Assembly: GCF_001194135.2 (NCBI RefSeq)
Contig: NC_068992.1
Span: 64,130,528-64,194,527 of the forward strand
DNA from: Octopus bimaculoides
Taxonomy: Eukaryota
DNA length: 64,000 nt
Direction: 5' to 3'
Shown: in pieces, positions 48,583-59,129 of the stretch
Layout of the letters: each line of letters opens with the position of its first letter
Numbering within the stretch: the first letter of the stretch is position 1
The notes under the pieces: generated by a model
Database searches by the model: none
What the model saw: the letters and a program-made list of their open reading frames with translations, nothing else
What the model was told of the DNA's origin: nothing
Program-made: the position numbers and the translations under genes

Positions 48583-49204
48583 CACATACATATATAGATA
48601 CGCGCGCGCGCGCACACATACACACACACACATAAGCATACACACATGCACAGTTGCACGTCGTTTTGGATTTGTTTCACAAGACTTTTCTTTTTATATG
48701 AAACCGTGTGTTGAAATGAATAGTTATATTTCTGAGCTAATAAACCCCATAAACGCACTCATGATTATTATTTAATGGAAGCACATGGCTCTGTGGTTAG
48801 AGCATTGGGCACACAATCATGAGGTAGTGAGTTCGATTCCTGGACTGGGCTGTGTGTTGTGTTCTTGAGCAAGACACTTTATTTCACATTGCTCCACTTC
48901 ACTAAGCTGTAGAAATGAGTTGCGACATCACTGGTGCCAAGCTATATCAGCCTTTGCCTTTCCCTTGGATAACATTGGTGGCATGGAAGAGGAGGCTGAT
49001 ATGCATGGGTGACTGTTGGTTTTCCATAAACAACCTTGCCCAGACTTGTGCCTCAGAGGGTAACTTCCTAGGTGCAATCCCATGATTATTCATCACTGAA
49101 GGGGTTCTTCACCCTTTTTAACTCTATTATCATTTAATTTAACAGATACATTAAATATAATCTAGAGATTACATTATCTCTAGAGATAATCTAGAGATTT
49201 CCAC

Positions 49205-49300
<96 letters not shown>

Positions 49301-50721
49301 GCACCTATACATACATACATACAACATATGCAGACACACACACGTACGTATGCACATACATGTACATATATATATTCATAAGTGCATATATATATATTTC
49401 ATCATCATTGTTGTTTAACATCTGCTTTCCATGCTGGCATGGGTTGGACAGTTTGACTGAGGACTGGCGAACCAGAAGGCTGCACCAGGCTCCAATCTGA
49501 TCTGGCAGAGTTTCTACTGCTGGATGCCCTTCCTAACACCAACCACCCCAAGAGTGTAGTGGGTGCTTTTACGTGTCACCGGCACGAGGGCCAGTCAGGT
49601 GGTAACGGCAACAACCACACTCAAATGGTGTTTTTTTATGTGCCACCTGCACAGGAGCCAGTCCGGTGGCACTGGCAACGACCACGCTCGAATGTTGTGA
49701 TGGACAATTAATTGAGACTTGAATGAATGTCGTGGTAGAATGGTAAAAAAATACTAAATTCACTTACCCATACTTTCATTTCATTTCCACCCCTAATTTT
49801 TTTTAGATCAAATCTTTCCCAAGGGCCATCAAAAAAGTAGCTACAATAGCGTTTGGAACAAATCAACAACATTCCAGGCTATAAATCCGTGACCTTGTGC
49901 CAAAATTAGTTAAAATTAGTATTTGAAAGAGATTGGATATAAATTGAAAATATTTAGGGGCTGAAAAGTCATGAATAAAAATGAAATATTTTTGAATACG
50001 TTACCAAATCAATGATCTGTCTCAGTGCCAGATTTAGGGTTATGTTGACCGAAGAATTGCCACAGTGGGGCCGGAGATAATATTGGTAGTTAGTAAAGAT
50101 GTGTTTTCTTAGTGCTAAGCGAGCTTTTTGAAGTTTTGTGATGGCTGTAAGTTGAAGAAATAAAAAGGAGAAAAAAAATTCAATGAGTTTTAAGAGAAAC
50201 AGGAAAACAATGATAGATTTTTAAAATTTGTGACACGTAAGAGTGAAATTGGAATTATGGATTTGGGACAAATGGTTGATTCATGACTATCATTGTTGTT
50301 AGGGCAACTGAGCAGCATTTCATATGCCTTGACATTGTGAGTTCAATTGCTACTGAGGTTAACTTTGCCTTTCATCCTTTCGGGGTCGATAAAAATAAGT
50401 ACCAGTGAAACACTGGGGTCGATGTTATCCACTAACAGCAGCCCCTCAAACTTCAGGCCTTGTGCTTTTAGTAGAAAGGATTATCATCGTTATTATCATT
50501 AAGGCAGTGAGCTTCCAGAATTGCTTGGTTCTTTACGTTCTGAGCATACATACATACACATACACATACATACATACATACATATTTCTGCTACTACTAC
50601 TACATACACACACATGCATACATACATACATACATACACACACACATACACACACGCATACATACATTCATACATACACACATACATATTACATACATAC
50701 ATACATACACACATACATACA

Positions 50722-50752
<31 letters not shown>

Positions 50753-50805
50753 TACATACATACACACACACATACATACATATTACATACATACATGCAT
50801 ATATA

Positions 50806-50837
<32 letters not shown>

Positions 50838-51255
50838 TACATACATACATATTACATACATACACACATACATACATACACACATACATACATACCTATA
50901 CACACACATACATACATACACACATACATACATACATACATACATACATACATACATACATACAAAATCTCTGAAGAGGCCTAGCGAATCATGCATGTAC
51001 CCCCATTACATCATTTTCATCTACTAATTACTCCAGCATACGGTAGCTATAGAGATAGAATGGGGCATGCCAATGCTTGGCCGAAACAGCTGTAAGATTT
51101 TGTCCCTTCTCCAATTACTAAATGTCCTTTAAATTTGAAATCTTAATTGTTGATATGACATGGTATGTCATAAGTGTCTGCAAGTTGCTGAGTACCTCAT
51201 ATTCCCCTCCATCTTCTAATTGCTATACATATATATATACATATATACATATATA

Positions 51256-51297
<42 letters not shown>

Positions 51298-52192
51298 CAC
51301 ATATATATATATATGTTATTGTGAGGATATAGATTCCTCTTAAAAGGGATGTTTACATCCAAGCTTTTCTGGTTTAATCCTATACCTCAATGGAATTTGC
51401 AGGAGTCCAGTTTTACTTGGTAATAAAATTATAAAGTAACCATTAGCACCAACAATTACGAATTATTAACTTAGAAAATAATCCTTTTAATTAATATAAA
51501 TTATATTATCTTTTCATGTTCTCCCAATTAATAATACAAATTAAAAGAAATAGATTTACTTACTGTTAACCATAATAGAAAAATAATATATATGCAAATT
51601 TAATGGTTCCTTTGTTTCGACCATGTTCACACACACACACACACACAAATAAGAACAAAAAACACATCCACATATAACGGTTTCTTTTGTTTCACATGCA
51701 CTCATAAATATACGAATGATGAAATATTTAGTCTGTTGAGTAACACTCAATCAATCAAGATGTAATTTCTATTTGTGCCAATTTTTCACCCTGGGGAAAT
51801 ATTTACTTTGCAATTTTTCAAAATGCAATTTTAATTTATAAACTTGTAATTTGAATGAGAGTAAATATGGAAACAATTGTAGGCAAGTGTAAATTGACAA
51901 AATGTTAATAAATTGATAGTTCTCTGTTAAAACTCTCCATTTTCTTCTTTATCATATGCTATATATANNNNNNNNNNNNNNNNNNNNNNNNNNNNNNNNN
52001 NNNNNNNNNNNNNNNNNNNNNNNNNNNNNNNNNNNNNNNNNNNNNNNNNNNNNNNNNNNNNNNNNNNNNNNNNNNNNNNNNNNNNNNNNNNNNNNNNNNN
52101 NNNNNNNNNNNNNNNNNNNNNNNNNNNNNNNNNNNNNNNNNNNNNNNNNNNNNNNNNNNNNNNNNNNNNNNNNNNNNNNNNNNNNNNNNNNN

Positions 52193-52233
<41 letters not shown>

Positions 52234-52549
52234 AACATGCTGCCTGGCAAGGTAGGCAGTGCCTTCCTTGAATAAAATAGATCGATAGTAATATTTGCCT
52301 TTTATGGCAAAATATGGACCTAATTCAATAAAATTATGAAGGTTACTCTGATTACTATGCATAAAATGTAAAATATTTTATTTTTCTGTAGATTAGGTAG
52401 GCATAATTTGCTCCTGCCTTTCAATCTCAGTATTAAAACTACGCATAGAACTGCTGTAGTACACTGCTGCGTACATTCCTATAACAACATTTTCTTTATA
52501 CACTATGAAGGCAGAAGTAAATCTGAGTAATTACTATTGGCACGTGCCT

Positions 52550-52581
<32 letters not shown>

Positions 52582-53063
52582 CATATACATACATACATAC
52601 AGATGGAGGAAGCGGGTTAAGGAGGGGACAACTTTTGAGAGAGCAGGAATTCTGTATGAAGAATTTAAGCGTGCTGCTGCTCTAAACGGTACGGCTGGTG
52701 TGTGGCGAATGAGGAAAGCCTGGCTTGCAGTGCTTGCAGTCGCGAATACCTGTCAAGAGTGGGGCTCATTAGCCACCAATAAGAACCTCAAATGCAAAAT
52801 ATAAGTTAGTCCCTAGAGGTCAGCAATGGTCTTCCTCAGTCACAAGTGGACAGCCATGATACATACATATATATATATATATATATACATACAGACACAT
52901 GCATACATACATACTTACATACACACATACATACATATATATGTATGTATGTGTATATATGTGTGTGTGTAAGCACCCTGGGCAAGTGTCTTCTACTATA
53001 GCCTCGACCCAACAAAAGCCTTGTGAGTGGATCTGGTAGATGGAAACTGAAAGAAGCCTGTTG

Positions 53064-53102
<39 letters not shown>

Positions 53103-53305
53103 GTCTTTGTGTCTGTGTTTGTCCCCCCCATCCTCACTTGACAACCGATGTTGGTGTGTTTACATTCCTGTAATTTAGCAGTTCAACAAGAGACCGATAG
53201 AATAAGTACTAGGCTTACAAAGAATAAGTCCTGGGGTTCAATTTGTTCAACTAAAGGCAGTGCTCCAGCATGGCCATAGTCAAATCACTGAAACAAATGA
53301 AAGAA

Positions 53306-53345
<40 letters not shown>

Positions 53346-53588
53346 CATATCTACACTCTCGGAGTGGTTGGCATCAGGAAGGGCATCCAGCTGTAGAGGC
53401 TCTATTAATTTTTTTTTTAAAGTGACTTGTATTGGTGATGGGTAGAGTAAATGAAAGGCAGGAGTGAAAAGAGGAGAGGGTGAAAAACATTTTCTCTTAC
53501 CTTCCAGTCCTTCAAATTGTGATCCAAGGAAGATACAAAATAAATAGTAAAAATACCACAGTGGGGTCTTAATGATTGTCTTAGACAT
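37499..53588 (-). CDS. Cys-loop ligand-gated ion channel subunit, atypical nAChR-like (non-alpha; lacks loop C vicinal Cys), ~494 aa, 7 exons
   Basis: Exons (minus) 53588-53501, 50144-50005, 47464-47420, 46002-45893, 43951-43419, 40920-40703 (alternative donor 40694) and 37849-37499. GT..AG introns with matching phases 1,0,0,2,1,0; 1485 nt. Motifs: YYLRP, LRQIIDL, Wx[12 protein letters not shown], Cys-loop [21 protein letters not shown]1 [28 protein letters not shown] (M2), M3, M4 [13 protein letters not shown]. Confidence 0.93.
38568..38810 (+). mobile_element. Family C SINE-like repeat (AAGGCGGCGAGCTGGCAG...TTCTGAGTTCAAATTCC...); representative copy
   Basis: Other copies at about 23180-23640, 26000-26900 (four units), 28150-28350(-), 32545-32945, 35370-35545, 36060-36275(-), 50340-50545; usually begins in an (ATT)n/(ATC)n tract. 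Confidence 0.75.
40703..40920 (-). CDS. Channel exon 6 (M3 and start of cytoplasmic loop)
   Basis: gttctag| (G)[46 protein letters not shown]...THSSR |gtgagc; a second in-frame donor CAG|gtaatt ends at 40694. Confidence 0.88.
41131..42021. mobile_element. Fold-back DNA element with ~230-bp terminal inverted repeats
   Basis: Left AAGGTGGACACCGTTAATCGAAAAG..., right ...CTTTTCGATTAACGGTGCCCACCTT; imperfect arms about 41131-41363 and 41781-42021; GTTAAC-rich subrepeats. Confidence 0.75.
42685..43085. repeat. Decayed 15-bp minisatellite, consensus CACAATGGTGTCCTC
   Basis: About 25 diverged units with 15-nt periodicity in channel intron 5. Confidence 0.65.
43419..43951 (-). CDS. Channel exon 5 (533 bp: Cys-loop, loops B/C, M1, M2)
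   Basis: tatttcag| VDYVLKG...[17 protein letters not shown]...SSWAY...[35 protein letters not shown] |gtaggt. Confidence 0.95.
44068..44283 (+). mobile_element. Related LTR, 3'-truncated
   Basis: TGTAGTAACGCC..GCGCATGCGTAGTC start; shares the TTCTCTTTCTCGC and AATAAA..GGAGTCAGCGTT blocks with 46680-47005. Confidence 0.55.
44284..44702 (+). mobile_element. Penelope-like/retrozyme-type repeat fragment with degenerate hammerhead
   Basis: GACAC-CTGATGA-A-GGCTG(N10)CAGCC-GAAA-T-GTGTT at 44613-44655, with stem III/cleavage triplet deleted. Its 3' tail is identical to the palindrome arm at 33862-33907. Confidence 0.55.
45661..45871. mobile_element. piggyBac-like MITE about 20 bp from the channel exon 4 donor
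   Basis: TTAA at both ends (45657-60, 45872-75); terminal AAAGGG. Confidence 0.65.
45893..46002 (-). CDS. Channel exon 4 (110 bp; absent from ORF track)
   Basis: gctgtag| [36 protein letters not shown](N) |gtaagt. Confidence 0.93.
46150..46480. repeat. ~24-bp minisatellite (TGTGCTGTGTTGTGAGAGGG-type)
   Basis: About 14 diverged units in channel intron 3; related tract at about 47210-47370. Confidence 0.75.
46680..47005 (-). mobile_element. Solo LTR (326 bp) splitting a SINE
   Basis: Starts TGTAGTAACGCC on the minus strand and ends ...CTACTAAA; 4-bp TSD CTCC (46676-79, 47006-09); internal AATAAA; the host SINE resumes exactly after it. Confidence 0.7.
47420..47464 (-). CDS. Channel exon 3 (45 bp; absent from ORF track)
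   Basis: cccatag| [15 protein letters not shown] |gtatgt; size and sequence match the conserved 45-bp nAChR exon. Confidence 0.9.
50005..50144 (-). CDS. Channel exon 2 (140 bp; absent from ORF track)
   Basis: cttacag| [46 protein letters not shown] |gtaacg. Confidence 0.92.
50546..50963. repeat. Compound (TACA)n/(CA)n microsatellite
   Basis: About 420 bp, directly abutting the hammerhead. Confidence 0.9.
50962..51103 (+). ncRNA. Type-I hammerhead ribozyme (intact core, long stem II, palindromic stem III)
   Basis: Stem I ACAAAATCT(50962-70)/AGATTTTGT(51095-103); core CTGAAGA (50971-77); stem II GGCC..GGCC (50978-51082); GAAA (51083-86); C-AGCT-G; cleavage triplet GTA (51092-94). Confidence 0.8.
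53501..53588 (-). CDS. Channel exon 1 (signal peptide)
   Basis: [29 protein letters not shown] + G|GTAAGA phase-1 donor; joins exon 2 to give ...GLEA-ITK. Confidence 0.7.
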
Positions 53589-54476
53589 ATCCGGAATTGT
53601 AGATATACTTATAGGTGTAAGGGTGTATTAAGAATAGAAGCAGTTCCAGTGTATAATTAGGGGACTCTATGATGTCAGTCGACTCTTGAAAATAGCAGCT
53701 GACTCTCCCTCAGTTTATGCATTGATGACTTGTTGGATAATGTGATTGTGTGTGAGTGAACTGTGTATAACAAGACAGGATGGTCACAATTAGATTGTGT
53801 TTGGTCATTGGAGGTTTGTCAGTTTGGTGGTCAGATAACAGCAACAACAACAATAAATGTTTTTAAAAGAATTCCTTTTTTTTTTTGCGTTTTTGGATAA
53901 GATGTTTTACTTTGTTGAAATTTGTTGCATGTTGTATTTTTTGGCAGTGAAAAAAAAAGAAAGAGAGACAGTGAGAGGGAGGGAGGTGGATTGAGGAGGA
54001 TTTTGATTGAAAACTTTCAGATTTGTAAAAAATTAAAAATCATGGTAATGGCCACCTCCTGAGACTCTTTCCAAAACAGCTGTGGCATCAGTAGTTCGAC
54101 TCAGCAGCAAATATAGGGAGCCTGTAGTATGTATATATATATATATGTGTGTGTGTGAGTATGTGTGTGTGTGTGTGTGTGCGTGTGCATGCTTGATATC
54201 TTCTCTTATATCACTGCTTATGGTTGTACATGTTTTCAGTGATGGAGGAGAGGGAGAAGAGAATTAGTGAGGGAGAGGAGAAGGACAGTGAGAAAGAGAG
54301 AGACAGTGAAAGAAAGAAAGAGAGAGAGAGTGATATTATAGAGGGAGAGTTTCTCTATTGCATTAACACACACACACACACATATATATATATACAGACA
54401 TATTTATTTATATATATATATATGTATCATCGTCATTGTTTAACATCTGCCTTCCATGCTGGCATATATGTGTATA

Positions 54477-54525
<49 letters not shown>

Positions 54526-54577
54526 ATGATGATGATATATATGTATATATGTATATATATATATGTATATATGTATG

Positions 54578-54611
<34 letters not shown>

Positions 54612-54914
54612 ATGTATGTATGTATGTATGTATGCACACATGCCCTTCACATGCACACATCTACTTAATGTACCTGTGCATGTGTGGACTGCCATTAAAT
54701 ATTGGTTAGTTTTTATATGCAACATGAAAGTACATAATTACTGCCACCACCCCCTACAACCACCACCACCACCACTACCACTACCTTCACCACCAGTAAC
54801 ACCACCCCCTACAACCACCACAACTGCTAGCTCCATCATCATCATTTACCAAAATTCCCTGACCTCCTCGCCCTCCTCCTCCTCGCCGCCACCGTCCTTG
54901 TGGCAAATAAAAGG

Positions 54915-54973
54915 TTATTATTATTATTATTGTTATTATTATTATTGTCTTATTATTATTATTATTATTATTA

Positions 54974-55011
<38 letters not shown>

Positions 55012-55101
55012 GTTATTATTATTATTATTATTATTGTCTTATTATTGTTATTATTATTATTATTATCATTATTATTATTATTATTATTATCATTATTATT
55101 A

Positions 55102-55136
<35 letters not shown>

Positions 55137-55190
55137 GTTGTTATTATTATTGTCATTATTATTGTTATTGTTATTATTATTATTGCCAAT
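54915..55190. repeat. Compound (ATT)n microsatellite
   Basis: About 270 bp of ATT/GTT/ATC triplets; source of the poly-I/L/Y/N pseudo-ORFs. Confidence 0.9.
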
Positions 55191-57271
55191 GTGAGAAACC
55201 AACATTGTTGCTGTTGTTGTTGTTATTGTCTTCTTTTGCTGAGATCAATAAATTAGAAACGAAACACTTTTTGTGGTCGATTGGTTTAGAGGGGAATCAA
55301 AATGATTGAAGAGACAGTAAGAGTGTTGAGGGGAGAGAGAGAGAGAGAGAGAGAGTGTGTGCGTCAAACAAAGAGAGTGAGAAGCAATAAATATAGAGAG
55401 ATGTAGAGGCTATGTATGATAATGAGTAGGAAAAGAGGAAGAGAGAGAGAAAAGATAGAGAGAGAGAAGAGAGAGAAAGAAAGAAATAGAGTCAAAGAAA
55501 GCGAGAAAGGAAGAGACAGAGAGGGAGTAACGATGGAGACAGAGAGAGAGAGAGAGAAAGAGGAAGAGAGGGAAAGAAAAAGAAAAAGATAGAGTCAAAA
55601 AATGAGAGAGAGGAGAGACAGAAAGAGAGAGAGAGAGAGACAAACAAATAGATAGACAGTTAGAGAGATAGAGGAAAAGAGAGAGAGAGACAGACAGACA
55701 GACAAACAGAAGTGATAGATATAGTGGGATATACAGGGCGAGCATGATAGTGAGTAGGAAAGAGAAGGAGAGAGAAAGAGAGAGAGGCAGACAGACAGAG
55801 ACATATAGGTAGACAGAAAGACAGACAGACAAACAGAGAGTAGGAAGACACACAGAGAGTGAGAAAGAGAGAGGGTGTGTGTTTGTGTGTCTGGTGTGGG
55901 GAGAGAATTGTAGGGCAAACTGAGTGTCTGGTTGGGGGGGGAGGAGGGTGCGTGTGTTAAGCTGTTGTGCAATGGTTTTACACTGACAGTCACAAATTTG
56001 ATGATGTAATATTCTGTAGTTAAGGCATGCACACATACACACATGCGCACATATATCGTGAGAAACACCAGTATATTTAGTTCTTATACATCCGTTTCAC
56101 CATTGCAGTTATCTGGAACTCAGCATTGGATGTCTAACTGCCATGGATCATCCACAGAACGTTTTATTGCATTCTGTTACAGAGATCTAATGGTTACCTT
56201 GCTGTGTGTCTCCTGTCCACCACAACAGAACAAAACAGAATTAATATCCTAAAACCACTTTGGTAACACTTGTCCATAAAGGGCACTGGTGCTGATACCA
56301 TGCAAAAAGCATCGATGCTGGTGCCACGTAAAATGCACAGGTGATGGTGCCATGTAAAAAGCACCCAGTACACTCTGTAAAGTGGTTGGCATTTGGAAGG
56401 ATATCCAGCTGTAGAAACCAAGCCAAAAGAAAATATTATGGAACCTGATGCAGTTCTTGGCCTTGCCAGCACCTGTCAAACCATCTGACCCATGCCAGCA
56501 TGGAAAACAGACGTTAAGTGACGATGATGATGATGATGGTGATGGTGATGATGAAGATTAACATAATGCAATATAACGTTTCCCTGATGATTCATTGCAG
56601 TTTAGCATCCAAATACTCTTGCAACCGCCAGTGCTGTGTTCCAAGAAAATGCAATGGGAAAATGTATGTAGGAACCGAATATTTATATTGGTGAACACTC
56701 CACTGAACTCTGTTCAGTGCTTCTGAGTCCTATGTCTTCAGATTTATATTACAGGTTTTCAAGCAGATCTTCAGCATGTTCTTAATTCCCACTATGCATG
56801 CTCTGTATATCATAAGTAATAACACTGCTATGTACAACAGTCAACTAACCACTATACTGGAACCTGAGTGGATAGTGATAATCTACATGGAACTTTAACA
56901 CATACAGTAGTAGTCTTATATATATACATATGTGAAGTATTGACACTGCTATACTCTTTTGGGACACAGCTGATAAGAGTTCAACGTTCTGTCATTTTCT
57001 TTGCAACGTTTTCCATGCTTTTATCATTTGTGCCAAATCCTTGTATTTATGATTGTCAATGAATATTATTGGACTCTCATTGGTTTGATGTTCAACAAGA
57101 CCCTACTGCACAGTGTTCTTGGGCTGATGTTTTGCTGTGTCATCTTATGTAGCAACCCAGATGTATCTGAGACTTGCAGATCCAGTAATGGATGTTGCAG
57201 TATGGCACTCTTCTAAATACTCTACTGAGGTCATCACAAACGGTTTCTTTGCACACACACACACACACTTA

Positions 57272-57490
57272 TATGATGGGGTGCTGAAAAGTTCCTGGCT
57301 TTAAGGGTATCCTAAAGGCTTGGTTGGATGCCCAACATTCCAAGTTCTTTTACAGGGCTTAGAAAAACTGAAGGACTGCTGCAATAAGTGTGTGAATCTG
57401 AGGAGGAATATGTTGGATAAAATGATAACTAACTGATCCTCCTGTATTTCCTTTTACCCAAAGCCAGGAACTTTTCAGCACTTCCTTGTA
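57272..57490. mobile_element. Non-autonomous mariner MITE
   Basis: TIRs GTGCTGAAAAGTTCCTGGCTT / AAGCCAGGAACTTTTCAGCAC with TA ends; internal relic LEKLKDCCNKCVNL. Confidence 0.75.
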
Positions 57491-57514
57491 TGTATGTATG
57501 TATGTATGTATGTA

Positions 57515-57548
<34 letters not shown>

Positions 57549-57632
57549 CACACACATATGTATATGTGTGTCGTCGTCGTCGTTTAATGTCCGCTTGGAC
57601 GTTAAACGACGACGACAACACACACATATATA

Positions 57633-57669
<37 letters not shown>

Positions 57670-57838
57670 NNNNNNNNNNNNNNNNNNNNNNNNNNNNNNN
57701 NNNNNNNNNNNNNNNNNNNNNNNNNNNNNNNNNNNNNNNNNNNNNNNNNNNNNNNNNNNNNNNNNNNNNNNNNNNNNNNNNNNNNNNNNNNNNNNNNNNN
57801 NNNNNNNNNNNNNNNNNNNNNNNNNNNNNNNNNNNNNN

Positions 57839-57883
<45 letters not shown>

Positions 57884-59129
57884 ATATGCATGTGTGTAGT
57901 ATGCATGGTCCATGTACCTGTACGCATGCATGTGAGAGTATCAGCTCCTGTTACAGCCACCAATGATAAAACATTATCTAATGTTTCCAGGAGACAGTAT
58001 TTTCTCCCTTTCTTGTCTATTGACAGACTCTGGCCAGTCAAACAACTCTGTTTACAAGACAACTCCAAATTCTGGTTTCAATTCCCCCACTCCAGCACAC
58101 ACCCTGTCTGTCAGTCTGCTTGTCTGTTTGCTTCTCTTTCACTTTCTCAATCTATCTTTTATCAAACTCTCTTCTTTTCTGTTTGTTTTGTTTTTTTATC
58201 TTTTGTTAAACACTTCATTAAACAGAAAAAAATATATAAAAATTATAAAGATATCAGAAATGGAAAACATTCTTCTTCTTCTTTCCTTCCTCCCCTCTGC
58301 CCCATCCTCCTCACTTTCCTCCTTTGTCCCCTCCCACACCATTTCCTTCTCCTTCTTCTTGCTATAATTATTATTATCATTATTGCTATAATTATAATTG
58401 ATAATATCGATAATAGTTATTGTTATTTTTATAAATTATTCTTGTTCTTCTTGTTATGATCATTTTATGAATCTCTTTTCATTGTTTCATTCACGTTAGT
58501 GTTATCATAATGAGAACCATGCCTGAAACCACCACCATTGCTGCTGCCACAATCACCACCACCATCGCCACTACAACCACAAACACCACCACCACCAACA
58601 CAGTCACTACAATTTCCACCACTACCATTACCACCATGATAACCACAATCACCACCACCATTACTAGTCACCATCACCATCACCATTGTGATTCAGCTCT
58701 TTATCTTACTCCCCGACACCCCTCAACTCTTTGGATTTATGCATGTGTATTGATCTGTGGTGCATAATTATCTGCCTGCCTACCTACCTACCTACCTATC
58801 TGTCTGTGTGTCTGTCCGTCCATCCATTCACGTATCCATGTGTGTGTGTGTGTCAAGCAATGTGAAATCGGAGTTGTGGTAGATACTGGTGTCATGCAAC
58901 TGGCACGTAAGAGCACCCATTATATTCTCGGAGTGGTTGGCGTTAGGAAGGGCACCCAGCCATAGAAAACTGTCAAATCAGACTGGAGTTTGAGGCAGCC
59001 TTCCAGCTTACCAGCCCTAGTTGAACCGTCCAACCCATGCCAGCATGGACAACAGACGTTAAATGGTGATGATGATGATGATGATGATATACTCACAAAT
59101 AGATCAGAGATAGAAAATAGAATTCACAA

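Noticed and set aside
50405-51027. Long HTYI/MYVC-repeat ORFs
   Set aside because: Translations of the (TACA)n microsatellite; the same applies to ORFs at 27345-27913, 47883-48775, 54616-55309, 55410-56068 and 57475-58459.
51564-51624. Alternative channel exon 1 ([20 protein letters not shown] + phase-1 GTAAGT donor)
   Set aside because: Phase-compatible, but a much weaker signal peptide than 53588-53501; cannot be excluded without cDNA.
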